DNA of 64,000 nucleotides from Glaucostegus cemiculus (Eukaryota): assembly GCA_976551045.1 (NCBI GenBank), contig CDPCPM010000418.1:5456001-5520000 (forward strand), written 5' to 3'. A program made the translations under genes and the position numbers. Within the stretch, counting starts at the first letter, position 1; each line of letters begins with the position of its first letter. Below the pieces are notes generated by a model. It made no database searches. It had not been told where the DNA came from and saw only the letters and a program-made list of their open reading frames with translations. This document shows, piece after piece, positions 1 through 13,950 of this stretch.

Positions 1-39
1 TGCAATATGATGGTAAAATTGAGCTTTGGCCTCAAACAT

Positions 40-370
40 TAGAGTCATAGAGTTTTGCAGCATGGAAATGGGCCCTTTTACCCAACTCATTCTTGTCTAT
101 CATACTGCCTACCCATTTGCCTGCTTTTGGCCACTATTCCTCTATCCAGGTCCCTGTCCAACTGTCTTAAATGCTGTAGTTGTACCCATGTCTACCACTT
201 CTTCTGGCAGCTCATTCGCTACAGCTATTACACTCAGTGTAGGGAAAAAATTGCCCATTAGGTCCCCTTTAAATCTTTCCCCTCTCTCCTTAAATCTGTC
301 CCCTGTAGTTTTAGACTCCCCTACCTTAGGGTGAATGGTCACAGTCTTTTTCCCCATCTATATAGGTGTT
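40..370 (-). mobile_element. CR1 LINE 3' fragment
   Basis: Minus frame reads PKVGESKT.G.RFK.RGERFKGDL.GNFF…NELPEEVV, the CR1 ORF2 C-terminus. Confidence 0.8.
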
Positions 371-3300
371 GAATGAGATAAAGATTCTCATAGTTAAGAG
401 CAGTGCGGTTAACATTGCTTGCCACCTTACTGAATCAGAGCCAGCAACATATGGTCAGCTAGTCTTATAATTTTTCTTCCTTTTGACTGTCATTTTATAC
501 TTTTTACTGTACATTTCCAGGAGTAACAGTTCTTACCTGATGAAGATATTTAGCTATGAAGGTTTTGGATATGAAGCAGTATTGTCCTACAGATGTGGAT
601 CATTGATTCACCCAAGGGACCACTCTTTGTGCATGAGTCCAGGCACTGAGCCTCATTAGGCACTATATTGTGGTTGGCATTGCAGTCATGTAACTGTCCA
701 TCCGTGAGCATTTCCTGGCAGCCTACCTTGGATAATGATCAGTAAACCCTGCCTGATGTTTCACCTTTAACAATTAGCCATGGAGCAGAAAGCCTTGCAA
801 AAGCAGAAATGAATGCAAAGGGATGCAAAGTTTAAAAAGAAAAGTTGGAACCTCTGTTTCTGTATACATTGAACTGTATTTTCCAGAGGCATACGCTTCA
901 CTGATCCAATTTCGATTTATCAACAGAGCTGAACAAATTACAGCATGTCACATAGACAATCTGCTGATGTGTTCATTAAGACATGTAATTGGTCTAAACA
1001 TGATAAAATCCTGAATAATTAATCACTACCCCACAGGGATTGTTATGACATACTCCTGGATGTGGTACCAAGAAAGTAGCATGCTCAATTAAAATTATGT
1101 GATCAACGGAATATTACCAAGACTGTAGGAGACATAAAAGACAATGAAATTACATTATCTGTTCATTATCTCATTGTTCATTTAAGGTTACTGTGGAAAA
1201 AAATTGATTGCTCTTTTCACATTCCAACAGTAAATACATTGTAACATGTATCTATTTGTCTATAGAATGCTGAGGTTGTGAAAAGTGCCTTGTAAATGTC
1301 TGTCTTTAACTTTAATCCGTACAGGCAACTTTAGTAATATTTTTGTTCCCTTTCATCACAATGTTCATTGGTCAATCTAGAACTGCAACGTGGCGGGGGT
1401 GGTTTTATTATGTTTTTGTCAGTGTGACAAATTGGTCAACTGCACCCATAGTAGGTGGGGGCTGGGTTTGGCTAACTGGACAAGTATGTAATGAACAGAA
1501 ATTCTGTGCACAAAGAATGAATTCAAATTAAACTCTCAGGTGCCCACAATTTAGCAGTCTGGATAATGGAACTGGATCAACAGTAGTGAGTGCTTTGTTC
1601 GTATTCCACAAGTGCTTTCAGCTGCACTGTGTGTGTTTGACAATGATGGGTCTTTGTGATTGATGTTAATACACGTGGAGTCCATTAGCTCTCAATTGCA
1701 GCACTTCAGTTGTACAAAATTGGTGGAAATGGAATGAAAACAGCCTAAATTGCATCCTCATCCATGGAATGCATGGTTTCTCCTACTCCATGTAACGCAT
1801 TGTCCACACTGTTGCCCCTCTCTGTAATGAACAATCAGTACACTGATCAACATTATGTGGAAATAGTCACATTGATCAGACCTGATTCCTACAATGAAGG
1901 AGCTTTTCCTTACCGTGTAATGGGACTCTGCATTCAGCTGTTCACTTAACTTCCCATGTAATGTATAACTGTTCATACAGATGCCACATATAATACACCA
2001 TTGAGTCACAAATTCTGTGCACAAAGAATTTTTTGCATCCCATCTACTTTTCTGATTCTTTAATTATGAAGATATTATGTCACCCTCAATATATCTGTAA
2101 ACATTGTATGCTCCTTGTCCAGAGAAATATGGACAAGGACATCAACACAAAAAAGAGATAAGTATCTAGAGTGACCACTTCCAGTATGTAACAGTTCTTG
2201 CCACTAAATCCTTTGGCCAGGATCAGAAGCAAACTCGTGACTCTGACATCCAACTTACCCACTGCCCACCTGAACAGGTAACCAAGGACTGAAGTGCAGC
2301 TAGAAATGGAGGAGTAGCCACTTGAAACAATGGCTGCAATATCTCATATTCTTTGTGCTTTCAGGCACACAAGAATAAAAACACCTAAGAGTCTGCAAAA
2401 GGACTTAAGAGGATTTGAGGTGGGTCTGCTCAATGCAAAGATCCCCATGTCAGATCCCCATGTCAGATTCATACTCAGCATCTAATGTGGAGTTCAATGC
2501 AAATACTCCACGGCCTGTCTTTTCTTCAATCCAGATTGTTTTGTGATTCAATGCAGTTAAACGTCACATGAGGCTAACAATGTGGATCTAGACTAACAGA
2601 CCTATAATCACTCAATATCTATCAGTGCTCTCAATCTGTGAACATATTCAGAAGCCAGAATCCCAGCTTGTCATCAAAGTTATAAATTGACTTTCTTTAT
2701 TATTTTATTTGATTTGGGGATATGCAGTATTGACAAGCAGTATTTATTGCCTTTCCTTTGTTGCCATTATGCAAATAGAGTCACATATTGATCAGACCAG
2801 ATCCTCGCATGATGAACCATTTAAACTGTGGAAGAGCCGGAATGGGGGGGATGTTTGACATTTCTTTTTCCTTGAAAGTGGAAAGTCTCTTGAATGAGTT
2901 GCCAGATGTTGTGGTGGTGCTGATGCTTTGCAGCTGCCTACAGGGAATCGGATGGTCCTTGACTAGGACAGAGATCACAGACATCATAATGTGCAGATAA
3001 CCATTGCTTGATGCAATCCCATAGACAAGATTTGATAACTGGAAGAGAATTTCCCCTTGAGCTCAGGGTTTTGATGTTTGTTTTTTGCCATCCCAGTAGA
3101 TTTCTGGGTTCCTAGGGTGAGGGACACATGAAAAAGTGTCCAGCCCTTCAGCTACATGTACACGCTGCTGACTTGGATGGAGCCTCAACTCATACTCTGC
3201 CTGTCAATTTTTTTTTCTTTGTGGTGATTGAGTCAACTTTTTGCAAATTTTGTGGTAATTTTCCCCCCAGACCTGTTGTCTTGTATCCATCTTACTTTTT

Positions 3301-4334
3301 ATGACACAGAAGGAGGCAATTTGACTCATTAGGTCAATGCTAGCTCCCTGCAAAGCAATTCCACCTCCTCTCCCTTATTTCTCTGTAATTTATTCCCTAC
3401 CTTTTGATCCTTTTGGCACTAAGAGGTAACTTGCAGTAACTAGTTAACCTATCAGCCTGCCTTTGGGATATGGAAGGAAGCTGGAGCATCTGGCAGAGAC
3501 CCATGCAGTCACAGGGAGAGCATCCACTCTCTGAGGTCAATATCAAACCTGGGTCCCTGGAACAGTGAGGCAGCAGCACCAACTGCCGCACCATCAAGCT
3601 GCTCTGCTCTACCACAGCTGCTTTGGTTTATCGATTCACATCGTCCTCTCTCTTAACTTGAATTGTATCCTGCAAAATCCATGAAATGTGCTGAGATTCT
3701 GTGATTCCCTGGAAGTGGGGATGTTAACTGGTACTGTTGTTGTCTATTTCCACGTACACACCCACCTTCTACAATGAAGTAACGGCGTAACATTAGGAAA
3801 AGAGCCCACTTGACCCAAGAGAAACCCATCACTGGGAATCCACCTGTACCTCCATTGTGTTTCACTCTTCCATTTGTTTAACACAACACAACGCAATACA
3901 ACCAGTCTGAAGGTTAACTGCTGCTAATGCAGTTGCTTTTCTTCCAGCCAATATTGGATTTTATTTTAAAGTAGTCAAAACAGATTTAAGAGGCTAATCA
4001 GACTTCAGCCCTTCTAGTCTTAGCATAAGTATGCATACTGTATGTGTATATGGTAGTGACAATAAAACTGATTCTGATAAGTGAGGTAGCTATCAGATTC
4101 ACCAGCACTCCAAGGATACAGGAAACCTCTGTCAGCGAAACAGATGAATGCTGAAGTTGAAGGACTATGGCCACTAATTTGTCCCTTGCTCAATCTTTAT
4201 TTGCTGCTGAATGATTGGCACCCAGGCTGGTGGTGATAGAGATAACAGATTTCCACAGCCACACCACCACCTGTGTCACTACCACTCATTCCAGTTTTCA
4301 ATCTTCATAAAAATAGGTCAGGTAAGTATTCACT

Positions 4335-4700
4335 TGGGTCATTCTCTGTTCTCTCCAATCCATCGGGTAGAAGATACAGGAGCCTGAGGGCATGTACCAC
4401 CAGACTTAAGGACAGTTTCTACCCCACTGTGATGAGACTATTGAACGGTTCCCTTATACAATGAAATGGACTATGACCTCACGATCTACCTTGTTGTGAC
4501 CTTGCACCTTATTGCACTGCACTTTCTCTGTAGCTGTAGCACTTTACTCTGTACTGTTATTGTTTTTACTTGTACTACATCAATGCACTCTGTACTAACT
4601 CAATGTAATTGCACTGTGTAATGAATTGACCTGTACGATTGGTATGCAAGACAAGTTTTTCACTGTACCTCGGTACAAGTGACAATAATAAACCAATCAC
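4335..4700 (+). mobile_element. Rex1-like LINE 3' fragment
   Basis: PSGRRYRSLRACTTRLKDSFYPTVMRLLN C-terminus, followed by a 3' UTR ending ttttcactgtacctcggtacaagtgacaataataaacc. Confidence 0.85.
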
Positions 4701-6354
4701 AGGAGGGTCTCTGGTGATAGATGGGAAATAAGTACTTCATATCCAAGGCTGAGTAATGGCTATCAAAGTTAAAGGTGGGGGTAGATGATTCCACAGTTAC
4801 ATGTGCCCTTTCCTGCAGGAATAACTAGGATGTTTTAGTGGGGAAAATGATCCCCAAGTGCAATCAGTCATGTCAACACAGGGAAGGGATAAACACAATT
4901 TGCTTTAGCTGTTCATAGCTTAATACAATGCCAAGTTATATGATCACCCTCTGTGTTATTGTGGGAGCTGCACACTTCTAGGCTGCATGTATCATGTTGA
5001 TAGCGCAGTATTACTACTGTTATCTCACATAATCATCCCTTGGTCCTGCCCCTTGCAGCAGGCGTTTGTGACGTGCTGTGTTTTTTTTAAACCATGTTCA
5101 GTGCAGAATTGGTCTTGGCAGCTGTCTGATCCCTGGAGCAGAGGGAGAAAATAAATATAAAGTCAGCCTTGTGCAGATAGGAAGCAGACTTTATTAAACA
5201 ATTGTTACCATTTTTTTTGAGTGATAGACCTTCTATTTCTATTGGATGCTTTGAGTACATCAGGGAGAGTGAGACACTGAATAGCCAGTGAAGGAATCTG
5301 GAGGAGGTGAGATAAAACATACATCTGGAGCTAGGTTTTAGGAAACTCTCTAACACAAATAGAAGAGGGTTGAGGTAATTCCGGAGGATCGGGCTTAAGT
5401 GATTGAAATATTGGCTCTGACGGTGAAGCAGGGGTGGGAAGCAAGTTCTGACCGATGTATGTAAGGACTGCCTTAAATGTACAACTGGAAGTATTTTCTA
5501 AGTAGGATAGAGCAAATTCATGGATAAATATAAGCTGGAATCAAAATGAGGAAACAATTGAATGGTGTCAGATTCACACAAATATTAGTTTTAAGCAAAT
5601 CTCTGAAATTATAGACAAGAATTTAATTACAAATATTGCTGGATATTCCAGAAACTTTCTGACTGCTTAAAAGTTCTACACCCCTTGGAAAAAAGCCTTG
5701 AAAACCTTTTTGTTTAAACAGTTTTCCTTTGCCTCCTGTACAATGTTTCGCTGCTTATAATTTACCGTTAATAAGACTAATAGGCAATCAGTCTTCTTGT
5801 GTGGGAGGTGCACTATCTGTCTGCAGGAACTTTCAACTCTTCAGGCTACAATTGGCCAGACTTTACCACCTCCCTTTTGAGGATCAACCAAAGTGATGAG
5901 CTCAGGTTGGGTAATTACAAGCATCAATTCACACTTTTCATAAAAATAATAATACTGTAGCTTAGAGAAATGCTATTCAACCAAAGCATTAAACCAGCTT
6001 TATTGAGCAAAATATCTATTTTGTTAAATAGATATTTCAGAAGCAAGACAAATGGATCCAATTCAGATTGAAAGCTATTCATTGTCATCAGTAGTGGAAG
6101 ACAAAATGCCTGTCATCATCTCAGCCGCCAAGCACCTGTCTCCCCACTGCAGCGCACATCTGAATTGGCTGCAACTTGGAGCAAGTATTAGAATGCAGGA
6201 CAGAAGGAGATTACATCATCGTATCCACACTACAAATCTGTTTAGTCCCAACCTTTCAAATCTGCAAGCAGGGCCAGATTTAGTTGAAATTGGAAGATTA
6301 TCAAGCAGCATAACCCTCTGTATTTTAAAGTAATGTGCCATTTTCCCTAATATT

Positions 6355-6600
6355 GGTAATTGGTTTATTTTTGTCACAGGTACTGTGATACAATGAAGAG
6401 TTTTTGTTTGCATGCCATCTAGACAGATAATTCCACACATAAGTACATCAAGGCAGTTCAAAAGGAAAACATTAACAGAATTAAGGATATAGTGTTACAG
6501 TTACAGAGAATGTGCAGTGCAGGTCGACAGTTAAAGTGCTAGGGCCATAATGAGGTAGATTGAGAGTGCAAGAGTTCATCTTTATCGTACAAGAGGTTCT
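6355..6600 (-). mobile_element. Rex1-like 3' UTR fragment
   Basis: Reverse complement of the 22070-22300 type 3' UTR; related short pieces at about 18740-18970 and 24215-24340. Confidence 0.7.
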
Positions 6601-7047
6601 AATGAATAGAACTGAAGCTACATAACACTTATATTCATGATTAAAAATTAAATAAGTAATTATTGTACCATATGCTCATTACTACTAGCTTGCAGAATGT
6701 AGGTGTTGATTTTATGTTAAATAATGTTGCAACACATGAGAACTTGTCCAAATTTGTGGCAACTTAAGTACATTTATTTGATATATAACTTGCAGATGTA
6801 TTATTTAAAGATAACATCTTGGCCAACTCCAGAGCTCTTAAATTTGACAGTTAAAAAGAAGAATGATATTTAATATATTTCTGTTTATTTCTATCCTTTC
6901 TGTTGATTTAAAGAAAAAGATTTTTGTATATATAGTTAAATCTGATTACATCATTGGAAAATATTTTTGAACTGAGTGCAAACTACAACACATATAAAGT
7001 AATTAACCCCACAGTGCCTGTGAACATAACCTACCAAGATGGTGATC

Positions 7048-8343
7048 AGAATCAGAATCAGTTTTATTGTCACAACCATATACATACATAGTATGCATAG
7101 GTGCTCGTCCCAGTAAATAACAACCAACAGAGACACACAGACACACTTAACAGAATAAACATTAAAAAACATTAAACATTAAAACTACAGAAGTTAAAAT
7201 TAAATTAATATGCAGATTAAATTAAAAATGGCCGGTAAATAAATAAATAGTTATTAAAGTGAACGGGCTGGTGGCAGGCATTTAAAGTGCTGGTGCATTT
7301 CTGTGCACCTAGCATCTCTTAGTGTTAACAAGGAAGATGGAGGGATGAGAGAGTTTGCAGTTCTGATGGCTTGCGGAAAGAAGCTATTGTTCAGCCTGGA
7401 CGTTCTTGCCCTGATACATTTAAGCCTCCTCCCCGATGGCAAATTGTAAAGAGGTGATGGGAGGGGTGAGAAGGGTCGGCCATTATGCTTTTGGTCTTCC
7501 TCACACAACAGTCTTTGTATATGTCTGCGAGGGATGGAAGCGAGACACCTATGATCCTCTCCGCAGCCCTAACTATCCTCTGGAGGGACTTCTGCCCAGC
7601 AGCTGAGCAGCTTCCAAACCAAACAGTGATACATTGAGTTAGGATGCTCTCAATGGTCCCTCTATAGAAGGTTTTCATGACGGAGGGATGGGAGTTTGCT
7701 TTCCTCAGTCTCCGCAGGAAGTAGAGGCGTTTCTGAGCTTTCTTTGTGAGAGCCGTAATGTTAGTGGACCAGGTCAGGTCGTCGGTGATGTGCACCCCCA
7801 GGAACTTGGTGCTGCGTACTTGTTCCACAGCAGACCCGTTGATGGTCAGCGGGGCGTGCACACGGTGACCCCTCCTAAAATCCACTATCATCTCCTTGGT
7901 TTTATCCACATTCAAGGAGAGGTTGTTGTCACAGCACCACACGGCTAGTTGTTTCACCTCCTCTCTGTAGTCCGACTCATCGTCATCCGTGACAAGACCC
8001 ACCACTGTCGTGTCATCGGCAAATTTGACAATGCGGTTGGAGCTGGATCTGGCCTCACAGTCGTGAGTCAACAAGGTGAACAGGAGTGGACTGAGCACAC
8101 AACCCTGTGGGGAGCCAGTGCTCAGTGTGATGGTGCTTGAGGTGTTTTCACCAATTCTGACTGACTGCGGCCTGCAAGTGAGAAAATCCAGTATCCAGTT
8201 GCAGAGAGGAGTGTTAATGCCCAGAGCGCTCAACTTCCTGATTAACTGTTGCAAGATGATGGTATTGAAAGCGGAGCTGAAGTTGATGAATAGCAGCCTG
8301 ACGTATGAATCCTTCTTCTCTAAGTGATATAGTGCAGAGTGCA
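7048..8343 (-). mobile_element. 5'-truncated Rex1/Babar-like LINE (RT C-terminal part plus 3' UTR with (GATTCT)n tail)
   Basis: ORF 7391..8392 has [51 protein letters not shown] frameshift near 7442 leads into LPSGRR…SFFPQAIR. AATAAA plus ctgattctgattctg tail; TSD GGTGATC at 7041-7047 and 8344-8350. Confidence 0.92.
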
Positions 8344-8829
8344 GGTGATCTTGATCCCCTGCTGTAGCAGCGAGTTTAAGAAAGCAATGCATTCATCCCA
8401 GGGCTGTGAGATTACCATTCCTATTTTGGAAGCTACAGCAGACATCTCAAAATGTTAGTGAGGTATCACCAACATTATCTCTATAAAATCCTCCAAGTCC
8501 GTTGGTAGGATGAGTGAAGTCACATCATCTTCCTCTCCCTGGACAATATCCTCAGCACCTGGACCCAACCAGAGCCAGTGTGGCAGCCGTCAGACTCCTG
8601 AAGCAGATACTCTATCCTGAGCTCCTTCAAGAGTTAAGAGAAAATACTTAAAGGATGTTTCCAAACCCTCTTTGAAAAGCTCATTGCTTTATGAGAATCC
8701 TTGGTCTATGACTGCTCAAAATGCAGAAGGGTCATCCAGGAAGACCCCGCAGGCACATGCTGACGCCAAGAAAGAATAACCGAAGGAATGCAGTGACTCC
8801 TGTTTGATGCACATACCTGGCCCATCAAA

Positions 8830-9170
8830 CACAGTGGTGCAGTCAGTAGATCTGCTGCCTTGCAGCACCAATAACCCAGGGTCAATCCTAACCACTGTTG
8901 CCATTTGTGTGAACTTTACTGTGGGCTTCCTCCAGGTGCTTTGGTTTCATCCTGCATCTCAAAGCCTAGCAAGTTGGTAAGTTAATTGGTCACTATTATT
9001 TGCACCTATTGTGTAGGTGATAAGTGGAATCCATGCAGAGCTGAGAGGAATGTGTAGAAAAAAATGGAATTGGTATAGGATTAGTGTAAATTGGTGCTTG
9101 ATGGTTGGCATGGACTTGGTGAGCCAAAGGGCTGATTTTGCTGCTCAGTGCTTACATGACTCTATGACTA
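8830..9170 (+). mobile_element. Older V-SINE/HE1-like copy; related copies at about 3300-3600 (-), 24900-25100 (+), 36730-36990 (-), 54690-54970 (-), 63860-64000 (+)
   Basis: tRNA-like head (cagtggtgcagtcagtaga…gctgccttgcagc…ccagggtcaatcc), V-domain gggcttcctccaggtgctttggtttcatcc, CR1-like tail. Confidence 0.7.
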
Positions 9171-10429
9171 CTTGCTCTACATATTTTAGAATCTGTAGAT
9201 TCCACATTAACCTCCTTTTTCTAGAACAGGAATGTAAGAAAGTTATGTCAAGTCCTTGGAATTGCCTGAGAGAGGAGAGACTATTTGAGATGAAATGAAT
9301 GAAAGTCGCACTGATGCCACTTGCTAATAATCAGATGTTTTCTTAACCAGACTAACAAAAGACTTGCATTAATGTTGCACATTTTATTATCTCAGGATTT
9401 CCCTAAGGGCTTTACAATCAATTAACTGCTGTTTGAAGTGTAGTTTCAGTTGTGTTACAGTAAACACAGTGGCCAATTTACACAGTGCAACCTCCCCGAA
9501 ATGGATATGTGATAACAACTGGAAAATCTGATTTAGTGTTGTTGGTTTAAGAATAATTATAGGTCTGAACTGGAATTGTTTTGCTCTTAAAATATGGAGA
9601 ATGATATTTTGGATCAGATCTGAGATCACTTTGGTTTAGTGGCCAGTCCAACTGTACAGACCACCTTCAGTCTTGCAAAGTTACTGCTTCAACTCTGCAA
9701 AAGAAGATATTCAGAAAGGACACAGGTTCAGTCCTGCTTTGAGCAATAATTGTTCTTGGTGTCTCTCTGCTGCAGAAGAGAATTTCCTCTGGTTTCTGTT
9801 CTATCTTAAAAGCCAGTGATCATTGTTGTAAAGTGAGTAGGTGTGGATGTCAAGTGAGCATAGAGGTTTTGTTCCCCCCCATAGGTCTGACAGTCCATCG
9901 ACACCTATTTTTCTGGCATCACACAAAAATAATTGTTCCATTGAAGTAATAGTAGAAGATTGAAGTTGTACTTTAGCAGAGAATTAGTCTACAGGGAGAA
10001 TATTGTTTTAAACATGAAGTGCAGTGTCCATTGTAATGAATATTCCAGTCTCAAAGTCGTGCAAGTGGCAGGTTTGCAATAAACACACAGGAGACTTCAC
10101 TAAAACAGGCTGTGTGCAGATTGAGAATAAGCAGTGAGAGGTTCTGTTTACAGCCTATCCCAGGCTAGCTGCAATGGGCCCTGTGGCTGACTGCCAGAGC
10201 TGAGTTTGGAAACTGTCAAGAGTTTGCAGCTCAAGCGCATCCATCAACAAGGATTAGAGAAACAAGAGCTAGAGGGACTCACTGACACCAGAGTAGAGGC
10301 AGGGGCAGAAGGAAACCATTGGCTCTGGTTGATAAACTGAACTATAGTACAGTGTTGAAGGAAAATGGGAGGAGATATCAAGAATGAAGGGGCGACAGTG
10401 TGAGAAGGTGAGTGATCATTGTCTTTAAG

Positions 10430-10835
10430 ACATACCTATGTATGGTGAGTTCTATTTATGCCTGTGCCTTGGGAGAGTAGAAGGGCTATAACTTTTTTCT
10501 TGGGACGTAGGAAGCTGAAGGATGACCCTACAGAGTTGTATAAAATCACGAAGGGCAGAGATAAGGTGAATGGTCAGTCTTTTTCCCAAGGTAGGGGAGT
10601 CTAAAACTAGTTCTACGAAGTTTTTCAAACAGATGGTGGTGGGTATAGGGAACAAGCTGCCAGAGGAAGTAGTAGAGTCAGGTGCAATTACAACATTTAA
10701 AAGAGATTTAGACAGGTGCCTGGATAGGGAAGGTTAGAGGAATGTGAACTAAATGCAGGGAATTGGGTCTAGATCATGTTGGTAACTTGGTCACCATGGA
10801 TGAGTGGGGCCAAAGGGCCTGTATCCATGTTGTAT
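10430..10835 (+). mobile_element. CR1 LINE 3' fragment
   Basis: ctttttcccaaggtaggggagtctaaaactag…gctgccagaggaagt…gggccaaagggcctgta, a CR1 3'-end pattern. Confidence 0.8.
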
Positions 10836-13199
10836 GCAACTTGCAGTCTCAATATAATATCCCATCCAAAAGCACCTTCTTGGTATTGCATTTAACGTCA
10901 GCCTACATTTATGTACTCTAGTATTGCAAATAAGGCCTTGAACCCCTGATCTTCTAACATAACTGATGTGGTTAGAGTGGAATATATTTAATAAGATTGG
11001 TTAAGGTTACTGAGTGTAGTGTATTTAATGAGCTTAGGTTAGGTCAGTGAGGGTATAGCATAATTAGTGTTTAGGCAGGGTCAGTGAGTATGGAAACCAT
11101 AAAGGAAATATGCATGTGTGGGTGTGCACACGGAGAGCACAACAGGAGAGGTAAACAGATGAAAGGGAGGTTTAAAGAAGTAATATTATAAAGAAATGGA
11201 AAGGATAGAACCAGTAAATAATGGCCAGTCCAGGATTAACAGAACGTGGCTAAGTGCAGCTTGAGCTGATGGATGGAGTGTTGTACTTTCCACTCCATTC
11301 TTGGAACCAGAAGATTCTTTAATGTATTATCAATTGCAGCTCAGTAAGTGATGGACCAGGTCAGTGTTGGGAACTGCAAGAGATGGAAGATCTGTCATTA
11401 AATATTTAAAGATTGTTCAACTCTGATGAATCTCAGTCTGCCTGGCGCTGTAGAGAGAAAAATGCCTTTCTGGCACGTAGCAGAGTGCGTCATAAAACAA
11501 ACAGGGAAAGCACCATCTTCTGCTCGTGGTAAAGCTCGTAATATTTGGGTTCAACAAAATAAATTTGTTGTAAGAACCCTCTCCTTCCAGGTTTCTCCAA
11601 GAAATCAACTTCCTATACAGGGCCGTTGTGTTGAAAGTAGTTTTGTATTGGGATGTCTATATACTGCTCCCAGAAACATCTCTTTCTAAAGATATAAATG
11701 CAAAGATTCCATGGAAATTGAGAAATTGAGTCTGCAGTTCAGTTCTGTGCCAGATCCACTATCATGGTCCCATCAGGAGGGCTTCATATGTGGTTGTCTT
11801 TTATGCTTTGTTTACTTTTTCATATCTCTCCACTGTGTCCCTTCTCAACCCAAAGCAAGAGTTGGGCAACTGCCAGTACTTCTCCATAGGGGTAGCTGTC
11901 TCTTTGAATTGACACTGTCGCTGTGAGAACGTACTAACCATCTTCTTGTACAGACTGTCAGCAGTCACTCCCTGGCAGACTTCAAGATCCTCAGTGCACC
12001 ACTCAGCTGCATTGCTTGCCTCCCATCTGGTCAGAACCCACCTCCTGCCAAACAGTATTGCTATTCAGGGAAGCATCCATGTTTGTTAAATGTGGCATCT
12101 CTCAATTACCACAGGGTGGTGAGAGAGAGTTTGAGGAAATAACACAGCCAATAGTCAGTTGCCCTTGGAACAGCTACATACCCAAAATATGTCTTTTCTA
12201 TATCTGATGTTGAATATCCTGCATGAACTTAGGCATAAGTTCATTAACTCATAAGACATGTTGCCCTGCAGACTCGTCCCGAGCCCTTCAAAGCCTAGAA
12301 TTTCGAATATTCAAACTATAGTAGTAGACTCACTCCTGTTCAGTACTCAACAATGTGTCCATGGCTCAGTACCACCAGGCAAGCACAGTGGTAAATATTT
12401 TAAACTCTAGTATATGAGTTTCTCTCTGTATATATTATATTATATGTACTCCTGTGGCTGTGGACATGTGTGTTTGGGGAATGCGTATCCAAGTGTTGAT
12501 TTCCAGTTATTTAAGTGACCTGATATTAAAATATTTGCTATTTCCAGGATGGTGAGGAGGTCCCTCACTGTGTTAACAGATGGTGAGTACGTCCCACTGA
12601 ATACATAATGGTCACAATGTTATCCTACCCAGTGCACAGAGCAACAGACCCAGCAAATAAATGTGTGACAGAGAGCTTGTGACTGAGGTTTAACATTTGC
12701 CAGTTTTTTAATTAATATCACAGGGTTGCTTTGTGAAAGATTTTTTTTCCTGACAGAATTTCATCCACACTCGTACATATAGTCATCAGTCCTCTTTTCC
12801 TCCTCCCATCTTCTGATCTTCTCTGATCTTGCCATCCAGTACCTCACTCAGCTAATCACTCAGCATTGTGAATCAGTATGTACCAACAGCCTATTCAAAC
12901 ACAGGAGGGTGTCGTAACCACCTGCAATTGTGTTCTCACCTAAGATTCACAGAAATGTTGTCAGAAGCCATTGAATAGTAGAGAACAGTTCTATATAAAT
13001 AGAGACTTTCTTTCTTCCTATCTCTGTACACAATAGCAGCATTTAGCACTGGGCTTCGGATCTGTGATATGTTTTGCCACTTCCTTATCCAGCACTAATT
13101 GCTCAGATTTCAACATACTGAATGTTTGGAGGAGCAACCAACAAATGGGATAAACTGCTAGAAACACTCAGCAAGTCAGGTGGCATTTGCAGAGAATTG

Positions 13200-13642
13200 C
13201 AAACACAGCCCAGCCTATCACACAAACCAGCCTCCCCTCCATGGACTCTGTCTACACTTCTCGCTGCCATGGGAAATCAGCCAGCATAATCGAGGACCCA
13301 TCCCACCCCAGACATTCTCTCTCCTCCTCTCCCATCAGGGAGAAGATATAAAAGCTTGACAACATATACCACCAGGCTCAAGGACAGCATCTATCCCATT
13401 GCTAAAAGACTCTTGAATGGACCCCCTTGCATGATAAAGATGCACTCTTGATCTTTCAATCTATCTTGCTGTGGGCATTGCACCTTATTGTCTACCTGCC
13501 CTACACTTTCTCTGTAACTGTAACACTATATTCTGTATTCTGTTATTGTTTTTCTTTTGTACTACCTCAATGATCTGTCTGGATAACATGCAAATAAAAG
13601 CTTTTCACTGTATCTCGGTACATGTCACAAAAATAAACCGAT
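13200..13642 (+). mobile_element. Rex1-like LINE 3' fragment
   Basis: Same family as 4335-4700 and 21690-22300 (cccatcagggagaagatataaaagc…ttttcactgtatctcggtacatgt). Confidence 0.85.
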
Positions 13643-13717
13643 TGCTGAGCATCTGTGTAAACAGAAACATTTAACATTAAGAAAAATTTTTTTTTAACAT
13701 TTAAAATTTTTTTTTAT

Positions 13718-13950
13718 TTACAGCGTGGTAACAGGCCCTTTTGGCCCAACGAGTCCGCGCCACCCATTTTAAACTCCCAAATTAACCTACCCGTACGTCT
13801 TTCAGAATGTGGGAGGAAACCAGAGCACCCAGAGGAAACCCACACAGACACAGGAGAACGTACAAACTCCTTACAGTTCAGCGACAAGAATCAAACCCTG
13901 ATCGCTGGCGCTGTAACAGCGTTGCGCTAACCGCTACACTATCGTGCCGC
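13718..13950 (-). mobile_element. Full-length tRNA-headed V-SINE (HE1-like) with CR1-type tail
   Basis: Head GGCGGCACGATAGTGTAGCGGTTAG (A box)…GGTTTGATTC (B box); V-domain gtgggtttcctctgggtgctctggtttcctcccaca; tail gggccaaaagggcctgttaccacgctgtaa. Confidence 0.85.

Noticed and set aside
537-587. Possible minus-strand micro-exon (ctgtag…CAG|GTAAGA)
   Set aside because: Only one open frame, with no recognisable protein and no partner exons; a consensus donor alone is expected by chance.
2439-2468. 13-bp tandem duplication agatccccatgtc x2
   Set aside because: Ordinary slippage duplication with no further structure.
13880-13950. tRNA gene
   Set aside because: The A/B boxes are the head of a multi-copy SINE, continuous with the V-domain and LINE tail; no complete cloverleaf.
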